A DNA stretch of 64,000 nucleotides from Callorhinchus milii. Taxonomy: Eukaryota. Positions 11,514-23,626 of the stretch are shown piece by piece. Numbering within the stretch: position 1 is the first letter of the stretch; every line of letters starts with the position of its first letter. The notes under the pieces were generated by a model. The model searched no databases. It was given only the letters and a program-made list of their open reading frames with translations, and was not told the origin of the DNA. The DNA is taken from NCBI RefSeq assembly GCF_018977255.1, contig NW_024704743.1:114640001-114704000 (forward strand), given 5' to 3'. Made by a program: the position numbers and the translations under genes.

Positions 11514-14404
11514 CCTGAAATATGGCAAACCTCCTCTGAGGTGAAAGACTGAATAAAAGTCACGACTATGATTTGGTATTAGGAACTGAGTGCTGTAGCA
11601 CTGGAGCCACAGGGAATTGTTCAAAGCTGTTGTTAGAGACACCATCACTAAGACAACAAATGCAATTAACAATCCAGGTGTGTGTGTGTGTGCTGACAGC
11701 ATGTACTGTTTTTTCCTCAGTCTCCACTGTAACCCAGTTATATATACAAATTCCATTATTTGAAAGAGTTGTAGTGCGGAACAGGAAACAGGTTACCCAG
11801 AGGACTAACTTGTATGATTCATGCAGGAAGGGCAAGACTCACACAGGCTAGATCCTAGGGTGTGCGTACTGTTGATGCAATACATTCGGTCTTAGTTTAA
11901 GCTTCAAAGAACGATAAAAGGCCTTTTCTACCTCACTAAATTTATGAATGATCAAGAATCTAACCTTCTCCAATGTACATTATGTGATTTTTCTGACAGA
12001 CTCTCAATCTCCTTCCACTGCCAACAACTTTAGATTAAAGAAAACCTACACATATGTCAAAATAGATTCTAGTTGATTTTAGAAATGAAATTGAACATAT
12101 TCAAACATGAAATATATAGAACAAATCCAGGAGGATTTCCGCTAACACCTTTCAATGTACCAGTGTCTTTTGGGAATAGCTTAGCCTGTTGTTAGCTTTA
12201 TTGCAAATTCTCTTGCTCGCACCCTAAAGTCTTAAGGATACTTTGATCTATAGGTTGAGAGATTGGGTCAAGAATTCAAAGGTCAATTTATTAATAATAA
12301 TAATATTTTTTAAATGGTAAACCACATTGGTATAGCTTCTTTTGTGTCAGGAGGATTGTAAAGTGGAGTGACTGTGTTTCGTTTAAAGGGACTCGGATGT
12401 GTCCTGTAAACATCTTGTAATAAAATGAACCTGTTTTATACATCAGTGCATGAGCTCATGTAGTCAGATAGGATGATACAACCACAGAAATGTCCAGGAA
12501 AAAGGTGGCCCCATTTGGCCCATCAAGTGTGCTGGCTCTTTTAAAGAACAATCATTTCAGGCCATTTACCTGCCACACCCTCCCCACTCCGTTCCAATAC
12601 CTCTGCAGGTTATATTCTGCTTAGTTTCCTCTTGAAAGTTAATATGGTTCCTGCTCTTGCCTCGACGGCATCTTAACAGCTTGCCATTCACTCACACATG
12701 TTTTATAAAAGGCCTTTCAGCAATAAGAGAGAGAAAGTGTTTGCTGCAGTCACTGAAGTGTACAAAACGTAAAAATTCTTTTTTGCATTAATAAATACAA
12801 TATATGGGATCAAAACAGAGATGTGATATTAAACTTTGTGGAGCACTTTAATGAGACATCCTCCCGATGTAAAAGGAGCTACAGTGAAACATTTTGTTAC
12901 AATTTAGAAGGTAACCGTACTCTCTGATAGTGCCATCGATGCTTAACTCTCTTTGGTTTGCATAAGAGGTTACATACGGTTGGGAATAATCCACAATTAT
13001 AAAATGACATCAATTCTTCTGGGGTGATTCTCAGAGGCATGTAAAATATCCCAAAGGTCATTTTTTCGGAACAAATTGTTAATGGCTTCCAGAACGCAAT
13101 TTTTTTTGAAGGATATCTGATTCGCCATAAGTTATTTTTCCCTTGGTTTGTGCCATTCAATACTTCTTCACAACAGGCCTTTACTGTGTATCAAGTAAAT
13201 CCTGACTAAAATTTATGGCATTGTTGTAAACAGCGAGAACAGAATTTCTACTATGCTGAGGCTGCATTCTGGCAGGTTTATTGGTTGAACTGCTGTTGAA
13301 GACTTACATTTTTATGGTCTTTGTAAAAAGAGGACGTTTCTGCAAAACAGTATATTTACACTTGCCGGTTTCCAATTCTAATCAGCATTTGTGGGGTTTT
13401 CCAATTTTCTCTAATTCCCTTTGCTGAACATTTTTTTTCCCACATGTACTTTGTCACTCTGAACTGCAGAAATAAAAAAGGCCACGTTCTAAGTCGGAAG
13501 ATGCTAATAATAATAATGCTTAATAATAATGCCAATAATAATGATTATTGTTCACTGCACATGCATGGACAGTGCCACTAAAGTCAGCTCCTTGTAGTGG
13601 ATAAGATTGCTAAAAAATAAATGAAACCAATAAAGGTAAAATAAACATTAATATCATCCTATGAAAATTAAAAACAAAAAGCCAAATCAGACAAGCCTAA
13701 AGACAACAAACAGCAACAAGCATTTACGTAACACACGTCTTGTGGGATAGAGTCTTAGAGCGCTGCACAGTGGCCAGGTTGGACATTGAACAAAGGGTGG
13801 AGTGTAAATTACAGTATATTTGACAAGAAATATGTTCTGACTGGCCGTTCTACCTGTGAACCATTAAACGGGGCCATAACCTAAGCTGTTGTTTCACATC
13901 TGGCAGAGTCCTGCTGGTAAGGGTTCCCAGGCTTTACAGATACAGCCTGGCTGGGATGCTGACTAAGGTTTATAGTAGATTGCCCAGCTTGCTCCAATTA
14001 ACACAGAAAATTCAAGCTGGATGTTTTTAATAAGGTATCCCAAGCTTTTACAGACATGGTGTAATGTGTAGGCCAGGACTCTGGACAAATTAACTCAGTC
14101 ATACACTCGCTTCAATCAGCTGTGCTCCTTCCTCTCCCTCAGACCTGTCTCCCATCTTGCAAACATCTAGCTGTCGAAGTGCCATCACTACATCTCCTCT
14201 GATACAATACAAACCCAAATTACATTTGTATAGCGCCTTTCAATTCGGGAGAACATCCCAAGGCGCTGGATGACTTCTTTTCCTGTCCCCTTATGGTTTT
14301 GTGCATCGATCACCAGGGATCTACGTCAACAAGACGGAAGCCATACTCTTTGGCTCCAGTCAACGTCTTCTGTCCTCCTCAACCTACCCGATCTATCCTT
14401 AAAA

Positions 14405-14798
14405 CTCTCAGAGCGGATCGACTTCAAGATCCTCACTCTAGTGTTTAAATCCCTCCACGCTTTGGCACCCCCCATTTCTCCAACCACCCCTCACAACACT
14501 ACCACTGCCTCTGTTCTACTGGCTTTGGCCTCTTCCTTGTCCCTCGAATCCTCCGTTTCCACCATCGGCGGCCATGCCTTCATCCACTACACCCCGAAGC
14601 TATGGAACTCCCTCGTTCAATCCCTTTGCCTTGCCCCCTCTTTCCACATTTTCAGGTTGCGCCTGAACACATTCCTCTTCAACCGTGCCTACGGTCATCT
14701 ATGCCTCGCCCTGGCTCGGCAGTGGGCTCCATTGCTAAGGGCTCTGGGATGCCACCCGGCATGGAGGGTGCTATGTAAATGCAAGTTGTTGTTGTTGT
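14405..14798 (+). mobile_element. L2 LINE 3' fragment
   Basis: ERIDFKILTLVFKSLH..IGGHAF...PKLWNSL..LNTFLFNRAY; (TTG)n tail. Confidence 0.9.
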
Positions 14799-15274
14799 TC
14801 TATCCACTACCCTCTCCTTTTCCTCATCTACACGCTTCCCCCTTTGGTAAATATCCTACACAGACAATGGCCTTGCTCCAATTCACCTCCATCATCTACT
14901 GTGAACCATTTGTCCATTAATTCCCGGTGCTCTATCAACTCTGATCTGCTTCAAGCCCCCTGCCCGCTCTGCCCCACTGATAGCGGGTGAGCTTACAGAC
15001 ACTTTGCCCCCATCCTCTGAAACTCACTGGAATTCACTTCTAACCGGTTTAGCACTAATTTTAAGATTACGTCTCCAGCATTGGATTCCACTGTCAGATC
15101 TACTATGTCTTGGCTGCCTCATTCACCTACAAAATACACAGTCACTACACTTTATATTAAATCCAAGTGAAGTGAATCCACTTTGAGCCATCCTCCCAAC
15201 ATATAAGGCACTATGTCAAATGTAAAGCATATTATTATCATTAGAATTTAATTAAAACAGTACAATTTACTCAC

Positions 15275-15482
15275 TCATCAATCTGTGAGATGTAAGTTTC
15301 CAGTTCCTTTACAACTGTCTGCAGTTTATTGAGTAGCTTCTGGTATGAATCCCGAGTCTCCACGTCCTCTTCTTTCAGGAGGAAGCAAAGGCCATGCCCA
15401 TCCTGCTGCCCCAAACTGTGTCCAGAGGGAGCTGCCATGGTGGTGATGCAGTGCTGGATATACACCACTGGGTCCAATTTGT
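15275..15482 (-). CDS. PREX2: PREX2 coding exon (~25): (D)[68 protein letters not shown]
   Basis: ttccacag| ... |gtgagt; 208 nt; [18 protein letters not shown] motif. Confidence 0.96.
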
Positions 15483-15488
15483 CTGTGG

Positions 15489-15781
15489 AATAATAATAAT
15501 AATCCTTGCATTTGATATAGCGCCTTATCACGTCTTCAAGACGTCTCAAAGCCCTTCACAGAATATACTGTGAAGTGAATTGACTGTATATTTTGTGGGC
15601 AAAACTCATCAGCCAATTGCACGCAGCGGTGTCCGACAGTCGTAGATTGACTGACCAATTTATTATTATTTTTTTGAAGGGCTTATGACCCCTGGAAAAG
15701 TGATCCGCCAATCGACTAACAACCGGGTTTCTACTTACAGCTTGGTAAACAGAGACATGTGAGGAGCAAGGAAACTTGCCC
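15489..15781 (-). mobile_element. SINE (long subtype, head missing) abutting the PREX2 exon ~25 acceptor
   Basis: Tail aataataataatccttgcatttgatatagcgcc and internal gtgatccgccaatcgactaacaac block. Confidence 0.92.
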
Positions 15782-16370
15782 TATATTTCCTCCACCTCCG
15801 CCATATTGCCCGTCTCTGACAATATCTCACCCTACAAGCTGCTGAAACCCTTGTCCACACCGTTGTCACCTCAAATCCCCTCCTCGGCGGTCTCCCCTCC
15901 TGTGCTATTCACAAAAGTCAACTCATCTAAAACTACGCCGCCCGCATTCTCACCCGCACTAAACACCGCACCCTGAATACTCCAGTCCTTGCCAAACACC
16001 ACTGGCTCCCTGTCACACAGAGGATCGACTTCAAGATCCTCACTCTAGTGTTTAAATCCCTCCATGCCTCGGCACTCCCCTATCTCTCCAACCTCTTCTC
16101 TCCTCACAGCACAACCCGCTGCCTCCATTCTACTGGATCCTGCCCCCTCCTTGTCCCTCGAATCCTCTGCTCCACCATTGATAGCTGTGCCTTCAGCCAT
16201 CACGCCCCAAAGCTATGGAGCTCCTTCCCTCAATCCCCTCGTCTTGACCCCTCTTTCTCCATTTTCAGGCTGTGCCTGAAGACCTTCTTCTTCGACCGTG
16301 CCTATGGTCACCTTCCCCCACCCCCTGGCTCGGCATCAGGCTCCACCATTGTTAAGCGCTCTGGGACGCT
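15782..16370 (+). mobile_element. L2 LINE 3' fragment
   Basis: Degenerate RT C-terminus (AAETLVH, HWLPV, RIDFKIL, PKLW, LKTFFFDRAYG). Confidence 0.9.
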
Positions 16371-17068
16371 TTTATTTTCATAATTTTTATATCTGGAACA
16401 GTATGTATTTCTTGAGGTAGGACTAAGAGAGCATTCGTATTCAATTACTAGTTAGAAACAAAGAATGAGTTCTCAGGTCCACCTTTTATTGGGAGTGGGT
16501 GGTTGTTTTTCTGCCTCTTGAGGGAGAAGGGAATAGAAGAGTAAGAGACGGAGTAAGGAATGGGCAGAGACTCATGCGGGGTATAAGCACCACCACAGAC
16601 TGGTTGGGCCGAATAATCTGTTCCTGTGCTGTACGTTCCATGTAAATCTTTAAATCTATTCCTCAGATTTCAGTACAAGACCAGATGCAAGTGATTTTCA
16701 CGGAAACAGCATTGCTTTGGGCTAGCTTTGATATGATCAGGGAGTCATCCTCATGCAATCAGATGAGGGCATTTTAGAGAATGTAGTCAATAGGCATATT
16801 TTGCACTGAAAGTTCCTTAGAACAGAGGCACTTCCCCCCAGACCCTCCCCCACAGCCCTTCTCCTCCAGCCCCTTCCCCTCGACTCAGCCACTTACCCCA
16901 AAACAGCTTTACTTCATAAGCCTATTTGTCATAATATTTCTTTATAACGGTTGAGTAAGCAGTAATCACACAGCGTGCACATCTGCATGTGTATTTGGAT
17001 GTTGCAGTTCAAATGTGCACATTAGTTCTCCAGGTTACTGTCTGAGAGACTGAGTTACAAAGCCTTAC

Positions 17069-17291
17069 CTTGGTCCTGGTTCTTGCTGTCAATGTCACTG
17101 GTGGATTGTTTCCGGCTGTCCAGTTGCACACCAAACACGCTGCCCAGTGAAGCAGCGTTTTTTGGGTAAGACACCTCCATCACATTTATGTGACAATTGG
17201 TCGGGCAGAAATCACTGCTGTGCAGTGGAGGAATCTTAGATTTCGCTTGCTTGAAAGTGGGCCAGGCTCGGTTTTTCAGAACTCGTGAAAA
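17069..17291 (-). CDS. PREX2: PREX2 coding exon (~24): [74 protein letters not shown]
   Basis: ggtttag| ... |gtaagg; 223 nt; [18 protein letters not shown] motif; absent from the ORF track. Confidence 0.96.
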
Positions 17292-17649
17292 CTAAACCAT
17301 AAAATACAAAATTAATAATAGAGGCACAAATTTATACTTGCCAACATAATGGTTAAATGCTACACTCACATTTATGCCATGATTTACAATAAAAACATCG
17401 GCCTTTCCCCAAAAATGCTCGTTGAGAAAATACATGTTTTGTGTTGAACCATTCATAGATTTACATTGAATTTATAGCACCGAAACAGGCCATTTGGCCC
17501 ATCTAGTCTGTACTTGCATTTCTCCTGCACATGATCTCCAGGCATTCCTTACGTCCTCTACACTTCTATTCCCCTTTCCCTCATGTGTTTACTATCTGAT
17601 TCAAGTACCGCTTCAGGCAGAGTTCCACATACCTACAGCATGGAATCGT

Positions 17650-17977
17650 ACATAGTCAGACTATACAGAACAAGAAGATCTGGTCTGAGCTGTCAGCTGA
17701 GCTGAAGGAATGGAGAAGCAAGACCTCAATTTTCCTGACCTAGCGATGGGAAAAAGCGGCCAAGGTTGGCATTCTGAGCTATATCTAAAAAGACTGTGAA
17801 TTATACAATATGTAAGAATATTATTTGAGAAGAGGATCATTATCTAACCCAGTGGTTAGATGGCCCTTCTATGCTCATTGTGCCCCACTTACACAGGGAG
17901 AATGGTCTATTGTCTAAGGCGATGAATGTCCCCCACCAAAATCCAACAGTATTTAGGAAGAGTGGGGTTAACTGGGA
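17650..17977 (+). mobile_element. Decayed LF-SINE-like element
   Basis: tatacagaacaagaag..ctggtctgagctg..gggaaaaagcggccaaggtt..gagaagaggatc..ctcattgt..gagaatggtc..ttaggaagagtggg is colinear with the recalled consensus. Confidence 0.45.
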
Positions 17978-19379
17978 ATCTTCATAAGGAAAAACTCAAA
18001 GAGAGAAAACAAAAGTAGGTGCATTAAAAAACTTCACGGTAGATATCTTGGCAGGTGTGCCAAGATACAAATTATGATGTGTTATGATTAACATCCACAT
18101 TGCCATTGAAGACTTGGATTGAAATTAGCGACTTTATGATAATTTACATCATCTGTTATCTCTGCAAGATGACCTCAACCATCAACACCTTTGTCAAGGT
18201 TGCACCAAGTAACCTGCCCCACTGCCTAACCTGGACACCCATCCGGCACATGAATCATCCGATTAGGGGCTTGTTCGCTGAATATCAGGCTAATAAAACA
18301 AAATAAAGTCAGAGTAAAATCAATATTTCATTCATAGTCTAATGTGCAAGTCCACTGCATGACCCGCCAGCTTCCTGAGACAGACTAGGAAAAAATATGT
18401 GTGCGTGGGTGTGTGGATGTTGTGGGGGTGGGGGAGAGGAGGGGGCAAATCTTTCTCCAGCACACCTGAGCACCAATCGATTAGTTCATTTAAAGCACAC
18501 TAATTCCTTTCAGACACATAGAATGGAATCTCATTTAATATTCGTTTACCTTGAACATTTGTTTACCCAAACTGAAATTAGCCAAATCCAGCAAACAATG
18601 GAGATTAAATTTAAAACCTCACTGCTCTGTTTTGGTACCCCACAGAATGGAGTGCACCATTGGGTTTCATTTCAGAAGCGAAACGTAAAAGAAAACATTT
18701 GTGCTGTTGCTTTGTAAATATAAAGTTACCTGCACTTGGTGGAAGAGCTGAGTGATCTTTAAAGTTAAAAAATCTTGAAAGAATTAAGTCCGGGAAAAAT
18801 ATGTCCCACTCTTTATCATAATGTTAGGTTTTGTTTTCAAAAAATCACTTTGTTCATGAAGAAGTCTGCTGTAACTATATTTTTGCACCAAACTTTCAAG
18901 TAAACTTTTTTCTTAAATAAACCCCATGATTGTTTACAGACCCTGTTAAGATTCAGTGTCTTGTAACTGGCCTTCAAAAAACAAAATATCTTTCTGGATA
19001 CCAGGATTTCTCTGGGAATACACGGAATATATTAACCCCACCCTCATATGGATCAGCTCTTGTCCATTTGAGTCCAGACGTCTGGTCTAATTTTTATAAG
19101 ATAATTTGTGCCCATTTCCCTCGGAATGTCAGGAGTCGCTAGTAGTGAGATCTGTAAAGAGCTGACTGTTCTATAATCAGCGTGTAACACAGACGTTCTT
19201 TCCATATTTAGAGCTTCCTAGAGTCACATTCTTTCACAGGCTTAAACGTTGGCACACTGCCTGCCGCTCAGTGGTTTTGGTCGGGTTAACGAGATTCTGC
19301 CCCCAAAGTCCACAGTACTCATAGGGAAATTGACTTCCTTGAACTTTTAGCAGCTCAAGGACCTGCTGGAATTGCTTAC

Positions 19380-19541
19380 CTTCTTGTAGTTTGTGATCCT
19401 TCGGTTAATACGCTCAAGCTTTTCGCTGCACATGCGGCTGAATTTTGAGTGAAGTTCAGGAGACATTGCTTCACTCAGACAGCTCAGCCGGCCGCAGCTC
19501 TCCACAAACTGCTCGTCGTTCTTAGCCAAGCTTTCGAGGAT
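19380..19541 (-). CDS. PREX2: PREX2 coding exon (~23): ILESLAKNDEQFVESCGRLSCLSEAMSPELHSKFSRMCSEKLERINRRITNYKK
   Basis: ttcaacag| ... |gtaagc; 162 nt. Confidence 0.95.
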
Positions 19542-19625
19542 CTGTTGAACAAGCAATGTTAAGACGAGATCTTAGCTGTCAAGTCATCGCAAACAAGGAG
19601 CAAGAGAATGAAGTGTACAGCTCAG

Positions 19626-19930
19626 AATAACAACAACAATAAATTGCATGTATATAGCGCCTTTCAGCTTGCACCTGAGCTGTGGGGTGGGGTGGTGAGA
19701 AGATGACCAAAGGCACGGTCAAAGAGGATGGTCTTGAGGTGGGCTTTGAAGAAGGCAAGGGAGGGGATGAGGTGGAGGGATCCAGAGGGTGGTGCAGCAA
19801 GTATAAAGGCCCAACCTCCGATGGTGAAGCGGTCAGGGCGGAGGACATAGAGCAGACCAGTGCCTGTAGAGTGGAGGAGCAGACAGGTTTGGTAGGGTTT
19901 TAAGAGGTCACAGAGATAGGTGGAGCATGA
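19626..19930 (-). mobile_element. L2 LINE 3' fragment (older)
   Basis: YLCDLLKPY..LHSTGTGLL..TIGGWAF..FKAHLKTILFDRAFG; (TTG)n tail. Confidence 0.85.
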
Positions 19931-21391
19931 CAGTGAAGTCAACTGGAACACGAGTATGCCACAGAGAAACCACAAATAAATACAAACAGAGGCCAATGTG
20001 GAAAAAAAGGAATTACATTTTTGTGCTGCTGTATCACAATGTAACACCTCAAAACTCTCCATAGATAAGTAATGTCAAGTGACTGTTTTGTAGGTAAATG
20101 ATAACAAGCTCCCACAATAGCCATGAAGGAAACGATTAATTAATTAATTTGGAGGAATGTTGGCCAGAACAACCGGAGAAACTGCTGTTTCAAATAGGGT
20201 TACAGAAACTTTAACGTTCACCCTCACAGCAATCAGGACCTCAGCTTAAAGACTGCGTCACCGACAGTGCAGCAACAGAGTATAAGGTGCAGATTTCAGT
20301 CTGGCTCAGTCGTTAGCACTCTCGCCTCTGAGTCAGAAAGTTGTCAGTTCAAGCCCTAGGTCAGAACTCTGAGCTCATACACTGAGCTGACACCCAAATG
20401 CAGGGTTGAGGGAACTCTGCATTGAGACATTAAACTGAGGTCCTGTTCAGGAGAGAAGGCAGTCTCTCCCAGCGTACCAGACAATACATGTGGAAAACTA
20501 ATTTCAAATACGCAGTCATTGCACTTTACAGGAAACACTTTAAAGATGTTTTGTTGTACTAGGCACTATATCAAATGCAAGGATTAACCCATAAACACGA
20601 GCACTAGGGAATCGGCCTAACTGATATCTAACTCAGACAGTCAGCAGCATATTTAGAAGTCTGGTATTCTGTACGGTTACATAATGCAGGTTTGCAGTAG
20701 CTATTTCCTACGTGATGAGCTCTTCATCTTGGCCTGACTGTGAAAGGAGGTATAAGCAGAGATCAGGCAATGCCCCTAAAGAGAGAGGGAGAAATTGGTA
20801 TTCATGTCACCCTTGGTTGTTCCAACACTTAGTTGCCCAGCAGCAAAAAATCTGTCTTGCCTTCTGAGATGGGCGACTGTATGTGCTAGCGCAGGCTAAA
20901 GAGAGAGGGGGTCTTTATTCTTTCCTCCTGGACTGAGAGAAAAATAAATATAATTTAAAAAGCATAAGGTAGCAATTGTAACCCATGACACATTTTCCTT
21001 CTATCCTTTCCTCTGATGCTTGTCTTTCTACGGCAGCGAATAAAACAAAGCACTGAATAATAAACACAACAAGCAGCAATGACGCTTGGGTGTCAAAGGA
21101 AGTCGAGGAGCAAGTGGAGGAGCGGGTTTTCATGGGGCAAACTCACATCTAGCTGCTTAGAAACAAGACCGAACTGGAGACAAGAAACAGCCTTTTGTAA
21201 GTCCAGAGAGAAAAACAACAAAGAACATGCAACTTGCGGAGTATTTTATTGGTCTGAAGAAAACCATTCTCAAAGCAGTCAAAGCTTCTGTTTGAAATGC
21301 AGCCCTTTTGCTCAGAATATTGAAAATAAAGTGTATTCAATCAAAGAAAAACAAGTACAAACATTTACAGGGTAAACTTATAATTACTACT

Positions 21392-21732
21392 AAGAATAAT
21401 CCTTGTATTTGATATGGCGCCTTATCACTTTGTTGTGACGTCTCAAAGTACTTTGCAGAATAGACTGTGAAGTGAGTATTGACTGTATATTTTGTGGGCG
21501 AAATGTGGCAGCCAATTATGCACAGCAAGGTCCCACAGAATTGTGGATTGGTTTTTTTAAGTAATTATTACCCCTGGAAAGTGATCCGCCAATCGACTAA
21601 CAACTGGGTTCTTACTTACTGCTAGGTAAAGGAGTGTGTGGAGTAAGGAAACTTGCCGGAGGTTTTATCCTGCTCGGGAATCAAACCTCTGTTTGCGAGG
21701 CAAGCACGCTAACCACTACGCCACAGGACTCC
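21392..21732 (-). mobile_element. Full-length SINE, long subtype
   Basis: tRNA head, ggcaagtttccttactccacac, extra internal block, Deu-like 3' part and tail. Confidence 0.9.
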
Positions 21733-22005
21733 AATTTGGAAGCAGACAATTTGAACAGCCATTTTTCTAAGGCAGTGTACGTTATCAGGCTCAATTTCAT
21801 TGAACAATATCTCACCAGTCCTTCCAGGAGAGAACAGAGGTTTTTCTGTATGTACACAAAATCTAATATTGGATGCTTTAATAAGTTTAACTCATGACTA
21901 AAGTGCTGGTGTTTTCAATTTAGGTTAACTAACAAAATGAAAAAAAATCAATCCAAACAATCAAATATCAGTGAATATTTATGAATTGGTTTCCTGTCCA
22001 GAGTA

Positions 22006-22260
22006 TAATAATAATAATCCTTGCATTTGATATAGTGCTTTTCACCACTTCTAGACGTCTCAAAGTTCTTCACAGAATATTTGTGGGCGAAACGCAACAG
22101 CCAATTGCGCACAGCAGTGTCCTACAAACAGTAGTGGATTGAAGTGACCAATTTTTTTTGAGGGATTACTATCAGTTGTGTGGAGTAAGGAAACTTGCCC
22201 AAGGTTTCACCCTGCCGGGACTCGAACCCAGGTCTCTCGCTTGCAAAGCGAGTGCTCTAA
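22006..22260 (-). mobile_element. SINE, short subtype, slightly 5'-truncated
   Basis: Colinear with 36057-36375. Confidence 0.9.
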
Positions 22261-22433
22261 AAGGGGCATTTACAGTTCTCATGAATGCCTTTGTTAAATT
22301 ATGGGTTTTGGAAGAATTTCACAAGTAACTGCATCCACATCCTAGAACAGAATTGTATTCCATGGAACTAGTAACATTTTGCTCATTACAAATGCAGTGA
22401 AACATTAGCACCACTTATGAATCAGGCTACAAT

Positions 22434-22736
22434 GTCGGGTTGCAATCCTAAGAATCCTGATCCTGGCATCCTATATGGTAATTGTGCTGCCAAAAAGATT
22501 ATTGAAGAGAATCCCAGGATTTCAGGAATGGTAGGGTCTTTCCTTACTGCCGGAAGTGGGCAGGTGTTTAAATCTCCCATGCACACTGCAGAGGGACGCT
22601 CTATCTGAAGTACCTCACTGTGTGCACAATCACCGAAGGCGTTCTTGACCAGGTAACAGTCGAGATCCTGTGATTTGGTCCATTAAAATCCCGAAATCCC
22701 AGGCTTCTGAAAGAGCTCTGGGAATTGCAACCCCTA
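22434..22736. mobile_element. Probable non-autonomous hAT-type DNA transposon (MITE), decayed
   Basis: Terminal inverted GGGTTGCAAT / ATTGCAACCC; subterminal aatcccaggat and aatcccgaaatcccagg repeats; flanks gctacaat / gctaaaag (6/8 match, possible 8-bp TSD). Confidence 0.55.
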
Positions 22737-22869
22737 GCTAAAAGCTTCGGTGGGTTTTACAAAAGCATCTTCCAAATGTCTCCTGAACATTTATATCACA
22801 GAGAAATCTCCAAACCATCAATATACTTAACAGTCTCTTGTAAGGTATTGTTAGTTCGATTTTGCATCA

Positions 22870-23245
22870 ATCTGGCTCAGTTGGTAGCACTTTTGCTTCA
22901 GTGTCAGAAAGTTATGGGTTCCAGTCCAATGTTGGGACTTTGAACTCATAGTTGAGGCTTACAATCCAGCACTGGGAGAGCGCTGCATTGTTGGAGATAC
23001 CATCCTTCAGATGAGACATAAAACTGAGGACCCACCTGCCTGTTTGTTAAAGATTTCACAACCAAAATTGAAAAGTGAGTTTCTCTCGGTGTCCTGGCCA
23101 TCAATCCCCCAATAAGATTACAACCTTGTGCAAATTGACTGCCGTGTTCCTCTACAAAAATACACATTTAACAGTATATCTTGTGAAGGTTTTCGAGATG
23201 TTCTCCCAATGTGAAAGGCATTATAACAAATGCAAGGATTATTGC
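22870..23245 (+). mobile_element. Old DeuSINE-type element
   Basis: Same head, centre and tail as 10857-11272. Confidence 0.8.
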
Positions 23246-23441
23246 TTGTTTAGGGAAATATTCAAATTACTCCACAGTGTAATTGTAAGCAGAGAAGTAC
23301 TACAATGAAGGGAAAAGGAAAGGAAGAGTTTAGAAAGATGCGCACAAATTTTAAGCCTGTTGTTGATAAAAATAGTTTTGTCAGGAAAGCAGAGCACAGA
23401 TGTTTAACCACAGGACAATTCGTTGATCCTTCCAACCTTAC

Positions 23442-23626
23442 CTTCGCTGTTAAACTGAAAAATCCCTTTGGTTCGCTCATTTTCTCCAGCACACGGCATT
23501 TTGTGCCAGCCGTGCTATCGTATTCATACACCACGCCATACTCCAAGTGAACATTATCCACAGTCAGACTCACGTGATCCTTCTTCCCATCAATTAAAGC
23601 CATTGTATTGAACTTATCAAAGACTT
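23442..23626 (-). CDS. PREX2: PREX2 coding exon (~22): (E)[61 protein letters not shown]
   Basis: tctccccag| ... |gtaagg; 185 nt; inside ORF 23262..23807. Confidence 0.97.

Noticed and set aside
19347..19379. Intron read-through after exon ~23 as a PREX2b-like short isoform
   Set aside because: It gives only VSNSSRSLSC-stop, with no resemblance to the recalled mammalian alternative tail and no evidence obtainable from sequence alone.
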